DNA of 64,000 bases from positions 75,888,001-75,952,000 of the forward strand of contig OZ024742.1 of assembly GCA_964016885.1 (NCBI GenBank). Direction: 5' to 3'. The notes under the pieces were generated by a model. The model had not been told where the DNA came from, ran no database searches, and saw only the letters and a list, made by a program, of their open reading frames with translations. Position 1 is the stretch's first letter; every line of letters begins with the position of its first letter. Below, piece by piece: positions 40,131 through 52,921 of the stretch. The DNA comes from Eledone cirrhosa (Eukaryota). A program made the translations under genes and the position numbers.

Positions 40131-43100
40131 CAGTCAACGCGATCAGTCGCATATTTTGGCGTGGGAGACTATTTATTAAATTTAAGAAGAATACTATCTC
40201 CGATAGTAATGCCACAACTACAGTCATGTTGAATAACTGGTTATTCTTCTAACTATATCTTCTGAAGATACTTTTTATTCGAATTCGTAGAGATATCCGA
40301 CTAAATACATAATTCATTTTACAAGGATTTGCTACAAACATGCTGAACACAACATCAACAACATCATTAAGGAAGTACCGAAGACAAATAACAAGGAAGG
40401 TAAACAAATTTTATTAATGTGTAGCTACAGAAGAACCGGAAATTATAAATCGCATTTCTCTTGGAGTTGCGAATTTAATGATGATTTATTTAATTGTTAT
40501 AAAATGGCAAAAAACAATCCCTCTATTGGCTATATGAACAGAATGAAGCTAGACTGGGACGAAATACACCCAGAGTTAAATTATTTCACAGCAAAACAAT
40601 TACGCCTGCTACAGGTCGCCATGCTACTAGATCTCCTAGCAGCCAGGTCGAACAGCGCCTTGAAACAACTATGCCTGTAAAAAACGTGACACCACGTGTA
40701 TCATCTAAGTCTACCTCGAATGCTGGGGAAAACACTATCGATAATAATTATAATCGAACAAATTTGACACCACGTGTACCATCCGAGTCTACCTCGACTA
40801 TTGTGGAAAATACTATCGATAATTGTTTCTACTTTTGGCACAAGGCCAGCAATTATCCCAGTGCATTACTGGTACTTTATTTTATCGACCCCATAAGGAT
40901 GAAAGGCAAAGCTAACCTCGGCGGGATTTGAACTTAGATCATAAAGGGAGGTAACTCTATGCTTCAAAGCATGGCGCCCAACCCTCTACCGATACTGCCA
41001 ATCCACCGCCCTTATCGATAATGATAATGAAAAGTATAAACTATTGAAATTTTCCCCCAGCGAAATCTTCCAGAGATAAATTAATTCATATATAAATACC
41101 TCTCTTGCTGAACGTATTAAAATGACAATGTTTAATAAAAAAAAAAATAATGAAATATTACGTGTTATTGATGAAATAGGGGATGAATATATACGACGGA
41201 TAAAAACCCCAACATTTTGGAAAAATTAACGCCTGTTTATATGCCTTAGCAACTACAGTGAAGCATCATCTTGGTGATAGCAGAGATATTAACAAGAACA
41301 GACCACCATCAAAAATACCTTCATATATAACTAAAATAGAAAAAAAGATTGCTGACCTACGAAAAAACATAGGATATGTGACAATGCTTCTTACATGCAT
41401 ACAAACACAAACAAAAATTCACTCCTCACGAACAAAGAGTGAACAATAAAATAGAGACTGTGTTTGGTAACAGTAGATCCAGAACTCTCCAATATAAGTT
41501 GATCACACTCAAACAAGAATTGAGAGCTGTTAGCGAAAAACGCCGATACCTGAAGAAGGTAGATGAGAGGAAAGTGATTAATAAAAGATTCAGACGAAAC
41601 CAAGCATCAGTCTATAGAGATATGAAGGGCAAAATAATAGGTGTCACTGAGGCCACATCCCAGAAAGACATAGCTTCCTTTTCGAGCAAAATATGGGGTG
41701 AAAAGAAGAATTTCAACCAAGATGAGGTTTGGCTAAGAGAAATCCGAAAGAGCTATTGCTCCTACACTACAACATAAACATACGAAATAAGTGAGGGTAC
41801 ACAAGAGACTGTGATAGGAAAACTCCAAGATAAGAAAACACCAGGAAGAGACATGATTGTCGGCTCCTGGTACAAAAAACTGATATTCTATCGGAGGTAT
41901 CTTACTGACCTCTACCAACAAGTTCTTAAGGGAGATACACTTATACCAGAATGGTTGACATTAGCACAAACATTACTGGTCGCCAAGAACAAAGACACCC
42001 ACTTGGGAAAAACTACCGACCCATTGCATGCCAGAACCTGATGTATAAGATTTATAGAGCCTTCCTGAACCTATTCCTCCAAGATAACTGTGAAATAATA
42101 ACATCATCACAGATGAACAAGCAGCTGGAGAGAAAGGGGTTTGGGGATGTGCTAAACAACGCCTAATCAACAAAACTGCGATGTCGGAGGTGCCACAACT
42201 TAGGAGGAATATGGCTACAGTCTGGCTGGACTACAGAAACGCTTCGTTTCTGTTCCCCACTCTTGGATGATATAGGCCCTCCAACTTGCTAATGTCCCAG
42301 ACATTATTGTCAGAGCCATATAGATTCTGTCGTCTTCTTGGGCTACTATCCTAAGGTTAAAGACAAAGAGGGAGGACGCTATTTTCACTGATAAAATAAA
42401 ATATTGCTGGGGCATATTTCAGGGGGACAGTCTCTCTGTGATATTATTCAACTTGTCATTAAACCCCTTGTCCTTCCTGCTCATGAAATATAAGGAATTC
42501 ATCATTGGCCCACAGGAGAACGGAAATACGAACCTAACCCATAATTTCTTTGTGGACGATCTGAAACTCTATGCCAAGAACATGGATGGGATGAAGAAAA
42601 ATCTTGACCTGGTTACAACATTTTCAAAGGATATAGGAATGGAGTTTGGCCAAGATATATGCTCATACATGACTGTAAAGCGGGGAAAAACAAAAACCCA
42701 ATCAAGCAACATTGTCATCAATGGCCTAACTGTTTCACCGATATCTGATTAGGACTACTACAGATACCTGGGGATAGATGAGCACATATCATATAATGGT
42801 GTCTGTAATAAAGAACGCGTAACCAGGGAATACTACACTGGATTAAGAAAGATCTGGTCATCGGAACTCTCTGCGCAAAACAAAACAGTGTTTCACAATG
42901 TGTTTGCTGTGCCTATCCTAACACCAACGTTTGGAATACTCAATTGGACGATAGACGAAAGCCGAGCAGTTGATGTTGGAACTCGAAAAATACTAAACAA
43001 CACCGGAAGCTTCCACATCAACAGTGAAATAGACCGCCTTTACTTGAAACGTAAACAGGGAGGAAGAGGCCTAACATCAGTCCAGGCAACATTTAAATGT

Positions 43101-44280
43101 CGCATCATATCACTCCGACAACATCTACGAACCTATCAGTTCTATCTGCATGAAATAGATAAGATCATGAGAGTTGGGATGGAACTCCTCGATAGATATT
43201 CCTTGTGTGATTATCAAAAACTCACACCCAGGGATGTCGCTCAGCAGTATCGCAGTGAATCCATGGATGAAAAACTGCATACTTATCAGCAAAAAATCAT
43301 GCATGGACAAGTTGCCAGGAAGTTCCAGAGTGAGAGTAATATAGATAAGGAAAGTAGTCTATTTTGGACCAACAACCGCTATATTGGCTCCCACTTTGAA
43401 GGATACGCTTTCGCAATCCAAGAACAGGAGATTAACACGAAATACCTGATTCACAAAAAGAGATAGAGATGCAGGAAAAACACCTAGATGTGATAACAAG
43501 TGCAGACTCTGCAGAACTAACATCGAGGATATCACCCATGTCATCAGCAGCTGTCCAAATATGTCATGACGGTACTACCTACCTATGAGGTGGCTAAAAC
43601 ACTGTACAATGCAGTTCGTAAAAAGGATAGCCCCGATAATAAACACATTAAAAGCTACAGCAATGTGGAAGACATCCATGTACATAATGTGAAAGAGTAC
43701 TGGTGGAATGTTCCAGTAAAAACCCCAATAAAATGCAGGCATAACAGACCAGATATTATGATATGGGACAGTGAGAAGAAAGCATGCACAATAGTGGAAA
43801 TTAGCTGCCCAGCAGATGCCAATATAATATCACAGATTAGTGAAAAGGAGAATATTTATACAGAACTGATGAGAAATCTGCAGATACTCCACCTTGATTA
43901 CACCTTCAGATTTATGCCTGTGATTATTGGGGCACTGGGATATGTTAGTAACTGCCTCAATACAAATCTTGAGAAGCTACGCTTCACAGTAACAGGAAGA
44001 ACACAACTAGTTAGGAAATTACAAGTACAATCCATTAATGGAACAGCAAAAATATGTAAAACATTCCAAACATTTTGCATCTAATAACTGCATATACACA
44101 TGTACAGATGCAAAGCATATACATGCACATATACAACTCAAAACATATACATCCACACATACAATATCATCCATATCTACCTAGTTGATGTTGTGTAAAT
44201 TCCAATGAGAGAGTCTTGTGTCTATGTTAGAAACCGACTCTCTTTCTATTGGTAAATCTTTGTGAAATTATAAAACAAAA
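40131..44280 (+). mobile_element. Degenerate near-full-length R4/Dong-like element, family 'DongC'
   Basis: KTPGRD, NYRPIACQN, FVDDLKLY, IDRLYLKRKQGGRGL, CRLC..HVISSC (43501 onward), HNRPDIMIWD..IVEISCP; catacata repeats at 40102-40125 and 44281-44296. Confidence 0.88.
40824..41011 (-). mobile_element. SINE inserted in DongC with 10-bp TSD
   Basis: TSD tatcgataat at 40814-40823 and 41013-41022. Confidence 0.9.
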
Positions 44281-44777
44281 CATACATACACACATATGGA
44301 ATGATAATATGTTAAGAATTAGGTAAAATATCCTTCGAGAGAGAGACAGATTAAAAGTTCGATTCTCTGTAGTGGCTGCTGAAAACTTATTTACTTCCCT
44401 AAGTGTCATTTATCCGATTCGCTGAAACAACTATCATTATCATCATTGTTGTAGCAACACTGTGTTTGGTTATCAACATGTCAAAATTTCAAATCATTCT
44501 AACACCTCGATAAATCGTATGATTTGTTTCCCTCCGGGTCTAGCCACTGAACATATCGTGTAAAGTTGCTAATGTCGAGAGAAAGTATTGACGACTGCCA
44601 TCTGGCGTAACAGTAACAAGCTTGGCCTAACTTCAAGTTTGATTATTATTGTAACCACTCTTTATCTGGATATCAACATTTTCAAATTTCAAATCATCGA
44701 GACGCAATGTGGTATCGTAATACACACACTCAATTCCAACCCACCCGTCCCCTCAATCTATCTTATTTCTCATTCTT

Positions 44778-44813
44778 TCTTCTGATGAAGGACTAGCGTC
44801 CGAAACGTTAAGA
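44778..44813 (+). ncRNA. Minimal type-I hammerhead ribozyme
   Basis: tctt-CTGATGA-a-ggac tagc gtcc-GAAA-cg-TT-aaga; palindromic aacgtt. Confidence 0.78.
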
Positions 44814-44906
44814 CCCTCTTCCTGCTATATCAAGCGTTAACCTAATATATCCCTTCCATATACTGTACCAATTGTATTGTTATTTCTGTTTACTTTTTAC
44901 ACACAC

Positions 44907-44961
<55 letters not shown>

Positions 44962-44966
44962 CACAG

Positions 44967-44996
<30 letters not shown>

Positions 44997-44997
<1 letters not shown>

Positions 44998-45425
44998 ACC
45001 AAAGATTAATATGGTTCATTGATTACTCAATGAATACAGTTTTACAATAGATTAAAAGCACTCAACAATGAAATATTCCTGGAGTTTTAATATTATTCAA
45101 AATATTAACAAATGAAGATATTCACATAATCAAAATATATGCTTTATTATATATATTACGAAGATACTGTGTTGTTTTTTTTCTGTACGTCCTCGTCAGA
45201 TAAAATATATGATTTGATATATGACGTACCTCTATGGTCTTGATATTTCAATTCCAGTATTGGCAATACTGCAATTGAAATATCGTAGAGGTTTGTCATA
45301 TATAAAATCATATATTTTATCTGACGAGGACGTACTGGAAAACAAAACACAGTACCTTCGTAATATATATAATAAAGCATATACTTTGATTATGTGAATA
45401 TCTTCATTTGTTAATATTTTGAATG
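44997..45425. mobile_element. Inverted pair of Penelope terminal repeats related to the 23289/34063 family
   Basis: 45097-45230 is the reverse complement of 45297-45424; each arm has CTGACGA-ggacgtac..ttc-GTAA-tatata-TA. Confidence 0.75.
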
Positions 45426-45840
45426 ATATATATATATATATCATAGATTGAGTTAGAATCTCAAAATAGTCTTTTACAATTAAATAGCTCAAAGAAGGGA
45501 ATCTTTCCGATCCCTGTAATATAATTGGATATATGAGATCCTTTGAAGTGAAAGGAACGAAGTGAAAGGTACGAATTTTCCTGGATACTCGCAGAAGAGC
45601 ACGGGAATTCTAGCTTTCACTTAATAATACTTGCGGAACAGATTTAAATCTGTGCGGGTATCATAGGCTATTTGCCAGATATAGGTTTTTTTTATTTTTA
45701 TTGATTTATTACGTTAAATTGAGTCAGGCAAACCATATTGTTTTAAATTAGTATATCTCAACCTAGCTAACTTGGTCATTTGCAATTGGAACACAGGTAT
45801 ACTTATATCTGTGTTCATCCCTCTCATATATCCAATTATA

Positions 45841-45873
<33 letters not shown>

Positions 45874-45878
<5 letters not shown>

Positions 45879-46218
45879 GAAGTAAGTGTGGTAAGGAACC
45901 ACGTTGACCATAACGCACCAGAGTACTCAATACTTAGGGTAGTAGAGTGGGCAATAGGAACATGTTCAAGACCCCGACGGCAGAGCTCTAGCCGCTTCGA
46001 TGTCTATTTCTGGACTAAAAACAGAAAGTTTAGTCCAGAAATAGCCGTAGAAACGGCGTGAGCTCTGCCGTCGGGGTCTTTAATATTTTCCTATATATAT
46101 ATATATATATATATATATAACGAAGGAAATGTGGTAAGGAACCAGGTGGACCATAACGCACCAAAGTACTCAATACTTAGGGTAGTAGAGTGGGTAATAG
46201 GGGTCCTACATGTTCCTA
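45874..46218. repeat. Partial direct repeat (~85 bp) plus GC-rich hairpin 45968-46080 between TA tracts
   Basis: gtggtaaggaacca..ccataacgcacca..gtactcaatacttagggtagtagagtggg twice; aagaccccgacggcagagctc / gagctctgccgtcggggtctt. Confidence 0.75.
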
Positions 46219-46221
46219 TAT

Positions 46222-46261
<40 letters not shown>

Positions 46262-46353
46262 CCGTATGTAGTTGACGGCGGAGAACAACGAGTACTCAAT
46301 GACAAAATAGAATGTTAATAATCCTTTTATTAGGTTGAAATAGAGAGTCATGT

Positions 46354-46434
46354 TACTGTGGAGTTTCGCCTGTTAATCACTGAGTCATCAGTGTACAACT
46401 GATGACTAACGCAAACCGGCGAAACTTCAGAGTA
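46354..46434. ncRNA. Two back-to-back hammerhead-like cores
   Basis: Minus: CTGATGA..ggc-GAAA-ct ccac ag-TA (46391 to 46354). Plus: CTGATGA..ggc-GAAA-ct tcag ag-TA (46399-46434). Stems I and II are weak. Confidence 0.5.
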
Positions 46435-48519
46435 GCCCCACTATTTAGCCGTGAAAAAAATGAATATATATATATATATATCCAACCCAGAATTTTCTCA
46501 CTCCTGTTGGAGGAAACCCTCCCTGGTTGACCTCCTCCACTTTCTGTTTGATTTTGATCATGTCATGTGTGTAGCCATACTCAACACGCTTGACTATTTG
46601 TGGTTTGATGAGTATATCTATATATATATGAGTGACTGTGTGTTTCTGTTAGTGTAATGTTGGGAAAGAATACAGTAGCATTGATGGTTCTCTCACTCAT
46701 ACATTGATATCTTATATATTGTAGAAAGAATTTTGCCATTTCACTTTCGATTACCTCTTAAAGAGATAATAGACAAGGAATTTCACAAAAAGTGTCTAAT
46801 ACTTCAAAATGGGGAAATAGAAGAAATGAGAAAACAAGATATATCAGCGTGTTTGTCAGGAATAACAACATAAGTATAAATCAACAAGAGATATTTATTC
46901 TTGCTCGATTTTGAATAAAATGATGCAGCAATATATACTGTGATAACTCGGGTATTGAGTGTTTAATATTGTGTTTCTCATATCATATTTGAAACAGGAA
47001 ATATAATTATGATTGTCAGAAGGAAATAAGCTTGTCACAGCTAAGCTAAACTTGTTGTTCAATTTATTATCTCTAGGTTATAATCCAGTTAGAATACTAT
47101 ATATGTGCGTCATAGCTCAATAACAATGTTATGACTTAATACTTGAGGATATCGTTCTTTTTCCTTAAAAGACAACCGATAAGGTAGACTAAGACTTTTA
47201 ACCATACATACAAGATATGCTTTATCATATCTCTATTGTCGATATAGCTGTACACAAGACACTTAAATCGACTCCATCGAGCATCAGTGACAAAATAAAA
47301 TGTAAAGAGTGGCATGATATTCATCGTAAATTCCTAGGTATTTATCTAGATCTTATCGTTCCTTTATTATGTCGTAAAGTTACTCCTGCCCACGTAAAGT
47401 TACTTCTTAATCTGAGTTGCAGCTTAATTTACTAGTATGCTTCTCACGGGTCACTGTCAAATTCCTTTAACGTGCCATCTGTTCCCATGCTTGGGTTGAC
47501 TTTCATTTCTGTTATCGATCATGTTAATGAGCAATGGATCGTTAGACTGTATGTCTCCCCATAACATATCATTTGCTACTCAAATCAAATTTAATTTTCT
47601 GTCCAGCTGTCCGTACTGTCTGTTCTTCTTGTAGGGGACGGACAGAGGATTATAAGGTTGAAAGTGTGTATATTTGCAGGAATGTGGCTGCTAACTATAA
47701 TTGAGGGCTTATATATGATTCAGTAAATTACACGTCCTTTCAAATATATTAAATCTAATTCTAAATATATCTTCAAAATATTTGACATATTATTTATTCA
47801 CGCATATGTATATGTGAATACAAATACCATCTCCTGCTTTTCTTATTTTCTGGTGTTTTTGTGTCGCCTTTGTAATCCGTACTGTTCTTGTGCTGTGGTT
47901 GACATATTTCTATCATATCCACACTGAACTATCTTTATTTCTTTGCAGATGATGCTCCTACTTCTATGAGTGATTGATTTTGTTCAGTATAACATAATCT
48001 AACGAGACTTTCAAATAGTTCCTTATGTTTAATGAATGATTCATTCTCTTTAAATCGTGTATTACATGTCAACGGTGATTTAATCACTTATTTTTGAAAA
48101 TACCTATATTATGTGTTGTTTAAATTCATAAACAAGTTATTTTCTTTTCTTGGGATAGATCTATTCTATGACCTACGTATGTCATTTTCCTCGCAACCCA
48201 GCATATAAATTATATGTAGAGAATTCTGAATGTTCCTAATATTGTAGCAATATCTATGAATGTTTGAGAAGGTAATTCCTCAGTATGTTACGCTCATTCT
48301 ATAAGAAACTAAGTTATTTAGATAAAGCTTATATAACAGGAAAGTCCCTGCTTAAATTTAAAAGTATCTAATACAGTTTTTCATCGATATGATCATAACT
48401 GTTATGATAAAGAAATGCAAAGTGTAAAATAATTCGAAATAAAAAAATAAGTACTACAATCAAGAATAATAATAAACCTTGACGTCATGTTTATGCAGGG
48501 TTATCGTAGAATAATTAAT

Positions 48520-48700
48520 TGTTTCTACTGTAGGCACAAGGCCAAATATAACCCAGTGCATTACTGGTACTTTTATTTTATCGACCCCGTAAGGATGAAA
48601 GGCAAAGTCAACCTCGCCGGTATTTGAACTCAGATCGTAAAGGGAGGTAAATATGCTGGAAAGCATGGCGTCCGACCCTCTACCGATACTGCCAATCCAA
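48520..48700 (-). mobile_element. SINE with 10-bp TSD
   Basis: TSD aataattaat at 48510-48519 and 48701-48710. Confidence 0.88.
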
Positions 48701-49033
48701 AATAATTAATGGTAAATGATTACAATTTCTATGAAGGAGAGGGCAAGGTAAATTCGACAGAGTTGTGAACAACTATCTGTTCGGTCATAAGCGTTTGTCC
48801 TTTAACTGCTTACATATTAAATCAAAGTACAAGGTAAACAACTCTAAAACACTAAATCAACGTCGCTATAAGTAAGAGGCATACGTGATATAGTCGCTGG
48901 ATGAAAGTACTGGAAACAGTTAAAATGAAGGAGTTCAGTTGCACAGTGAATTATCTCCTAGAAGTTAAGTTATCATTAATGGGTTGGCGTTGTGTCGACA
49001 CAGTCATTGTTCATTTCGTTGATGGGTTCATTA

Positions 49034-49220
49034 TTGTGGATTGGCAGTATCGGTAGATGGTCAGACGCCATGCTTTGCAGCAAAGAGTTACGGCACTTTA
49101 TGGTCTGGGTTCAAATACCGCCGAGTTTAGCTTTGCCTTTTATCCTTACGGGATCGATAAAATAAAGTACCAGTGATACACTGTCCTAATTGCTGGCCTT
49201 GTGCCAAAAGTAGAAACAAT
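49034..49220 (+). mobile_element. SINE abutting a (TAA)n tract
   Basis: gtggattggcagtatcggtag head, ggttcaaataccgcc, end gtagaaacaat. Confidence 0.88.
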
Positions 49221-49496
49221 TAATAATAATAATAATAATAATAATACTTTCTTTATTAACCACAAGGGTTTACATAAAGTAGACATTAAGGACAGTACAG
49301 GACAATACAGGACGGTACAAATGGGCATTTCTGCGTGTAAAAAACAAAAACAGAGGATGAAACAAAAAAATAACAATGAAAAATTCCCCAATACGGGAGA
49401 GACTTCCGAGGGACATTCGTGGAGAAAGCCCAGTAAAAAGCAACAGTGACCCTGACCACCAGGGCAAGTGAGCTCTCCCAGTTTTCCACCTTTAAT

Positions 49497-52400
49497 TTAC
49501 AGATACATACTCAGAGAAGGCCCATTCACTCGGGCCATACTTGCTTTCTCTGACCCATCTTTAAACAAAATGCTGGGAAGAGAGCATTTCCCTTTCTACC
49601 CTGATTTTCCTGTTCAAATGGAATTGGAAAAAGTTAATCAGGGCATCACCGAAGAGGTAAGTGCTCGTCTTCAGCCCTTTCAAACGTGTCCACCATACTA
49701 TCTCTTTCGCCATGGCCACCAGGCAGATAAAAACTGCCTGCCATTCCTGGCTAAAGGAAGAGGGCGAGGCAATCCTCACGATGGACACAGCTAATAGCTG
49801 CATCCGTCCTACACGCGACAGCAGGTGTTCGACATAAACCCACAAGTCAGCAATGCTCGGACACTGGTTGAGTGCGTGCAGGACCGTTTCGTCGCCCTAC
49901 GCGCATCTCGAACATGCCCGGCTGACGGCACCTCCATTCTTGTAGAGTTTATCCCGAACTGGCAAATCTCCTCGGTAGCACTGCTAGGCCAGGGATTTCT
50001 GGAAGTTGTCCATAGGCCCCGGCCCGAAAGTTCTTCCGAAGAGATTGGCTAGTTGATTTTGGTCGACGCCTAGAGTTTCCCCAAGTACGTCGTCGCTCTT
50101 CCCCTCCACTAATCCTCTATAGAACGCCGAGGTGGAGTTTCCACCGATCACATTGCTCGATTGGTCGAGGGCTGTGAGCGCCTGAAGACATTCCAGTCTC
50201 CAGGCGCTCCCTCTCGGTCTTCGCTTGACCCAGGACTGCAGCTCCGTCAAGGAAACGAGCTGGGGAAATACGTGTCTAGCAAACGGCGACCACACCTGAT
50301 CACCATCGAGGTAGAGGTGGAGATGTCCTAGCCTGAGCGCGTGCCTGCGCATCATCAGCCACGGCATGCCCAGCCCTCCACGTAGCGGGTGTTGACAACA
50401 GATGGACCGCCTGACCATCGGAGCGCGTCCCTTCCACAAAAAGTGAAAGAGCAAACGCTGCTGCGCAGTCAGGCGAGGCTTAGGACAAGGTACGACGGTC
50501 AGGCGGTAGCAGATGACAGACGCGATGTACGCGTTAACCACCTCCGCTCGACCTTTCAGGGATAGCTTCCTCTCCGCCCATTTCTGGGTGAGAGAAGCCA
50601 TCCTGCTCGTCACCTCGTCCCAGATTTTGTCCGTCCGGAGGTCCGGACCGAACCAGACCCCTGGCAATTTAACCGGTCCGTCCGTCCAGCGTCCGACGAC
50701 GCTGTTGGACGGCATGGACCTGCCTCTCCAGGTGCCGAGCTGCAGGCCCACTGACTTTTCCTGGTTGATCATTGCTCCTGTCACCGCTTCGTATTCTCTT
50801 AGTGTAGTGCCGATCGCCTCGATGTGTTTGGCGTTCGACACCACTACGGTGACATCGTCCGCATATGCTGACACAGATCTTCAACGTCTTCAGTTTGTGC
50901 AGTAATGGCTCGAGAGTCAATACGTACAAGAGGGACGAGAGGGGAGATCCTTGGTGGACCGAGCGCATGATGTTGAACGGTTCCGACAGGTGACCGTTCA
51001 CTCTCACCACAGAGCAGATGTCGCTGTGCATGGCAGCGATCCAGCCTCTGAAGACGGGCCCAAAGCCAGCCGCCCTCAGCACTGCCGCTAGGTAACGATG
51101 GTCGACCCTATCAAAAGCTTTCGACTGATCTAAATTGATCAAGGACCCACCCGTGCCAGGTTCCCTAGCTGCCCTCTCTACGATCTATCGCATGAGGCTG
51201 AGGTTGTCGTGGATGGATCTGTCGGGTTTGGCGCATGTCTGCGCCTCTCCCACCAGATCACCAACGACAAGTGCCAACCTCTTTGCTAGCACCTTGGCCA
51301 AAATCTTGAAGTCTCTGTTTAGCAGAGTTATGGGCCGGAAATTATCTATGTTATCCCCCTTGTTCGGATCCTTTCTCAGCAGTGCCACTGCTCCTCGGCT
51401 CACAGAACTGGGAAGTCTCCCGTTGTGTTGCCAGTTGTATTAGACATCCGCCAAGAGGCCTCCGAACAAGTCTGGCATCTGTACGTAAAGTTCATAGGGC
51501 AGACCATCCAAACCAGGCGATTTACCCCTTGTGCAGCCAGTCATTGCCTCCCTTACTTCAGCGGCTGTTATCGGCTTTTCGCAACACTTCGCCTCAATGG
51601 CCGAGAGCCGAGGCAGTCGGTCGTGGTAGACACTAAAATCCATCCCTCGACCCGGCCCACCGCTGCCCCCGAACAGCTGAGCGAAGTGTCGCTGAAAACC
51701 TTCACACATTTGCCCGGGATCGAGTAGCATGCGCCCGTCGTGGTCCACCAAAGACCGGATCGTGGCTTTGTTGCCACGACGCGCCTCCGCCACTCGGGCC
51801 CATTGAACGGCTTTCGTCCCCTCGTGTCTGAGAGCACGCACCCTTGCTCTGACAACGCAGCCTTCGTGCTTTGCATTGAAGAATTGGTCAAGGGCCAATT
51901 TCGCCGCAAGCACGTCGGTCGCGATGCCTTTGCTAAGCGCCTCGTCTAATTTTCTAACTAGTTCTCCCTATGCTCTATTTTTCTCTATTGCTAAAGCCTT
52001 ACTAAACCTAATGCATTCTATTCTAATCGCTCTTTTCAGAGCAAACCACCACTTGTTGTTGACGATGGCCCCCGTCAACGCCCGCGTAACTAGTTCGCTA
52101 ATCCGGCCTCTGTAGGCCTTGCGCGCTGGTAAGGACGCGTTTAGCTTCCAGTAGCCGGGTCCTCGTCTATGAAGCCTATCTAAATCAAGCACACAGATCA
52201 CGAATTTGTGGTCCGTGTAGCTGACTGTCTTGAATTGTGGACAGCCTATGCTAGACCTATCTATTTCCCTACAAAATACTCTATATAGATATGATCTGGA
52301 TGACCCCATGCGTTTTGTCCAAGTCCACATTGCCACATTCGGGAAATCCAATCGGTACCTGTCAGACAGTTCAAAACGCCTGCGCAGGTTGGTGAGGCTC

Positions 52401-52886
52401 TTGCACCCTCCACCCCTATCCGCTAATCCCAGACAGTCCCAGCATGCATCTAAGATCCCGTTCCAGTCGCCCACTAACATTAAAGAGCAGGACGTTCCAA
52501 GAAAGGTCTCCAGACGCCGGAAGAAATCAGGCCGCCCTGCTCCTGTCGGGGCATAGACGGCCACTAGCCTGAAAGCTTGCCCGTCTCCACTGGTCACGTC
52601 CAGCACCACCAACTTACCCTCTGGGTCCAGGTAGATGGCCCGTATGGCGAGATCCAAACCTCTCCGAAAAAGCACAGCAACTAGCTCCCCCGATCCAGGA
52701 CGGCAGGGAGATGCGTACACATCGTAGCCGCCGAAGATCAGTGCGAGGCCCGTTTTCGGAGATTCTGGTCTCGCTGATGGCCACTACATCTATGTTTAGT
52801 GACCTGAGGTCGTTGAGCAGGTGACCCTGCTTCCATGACGACCCCAAGCCACGCGCATTTATGCTGCCTATTCTGAGTGTGGTCAT
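49497..52886 (-). pseudogene. ORF2: apurinic-type endonuclease, reverse transcriptase, C-terminal Cys/His region; frameshifted
   Basis: MTTLRIGSINARGL, ISET, VGDWN, YTDH, GPGYWKLN, KSPGLDGLP, NFRPITLLN, LDQSKAFDRVDH, QGSPLS, AYADDV, KLSLKGR. Confidence 0.92.
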
Positions 52887-52921
52887 GTTTAAAATAGAGT
52901 GGAACAGATGGGAAAGACCAC

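Noticed and set aside
47250-47560. Minus-strand DKYLGIY, possible ancient LINE remnant
   Set aside because: One short motif among stop codons is too little to call.
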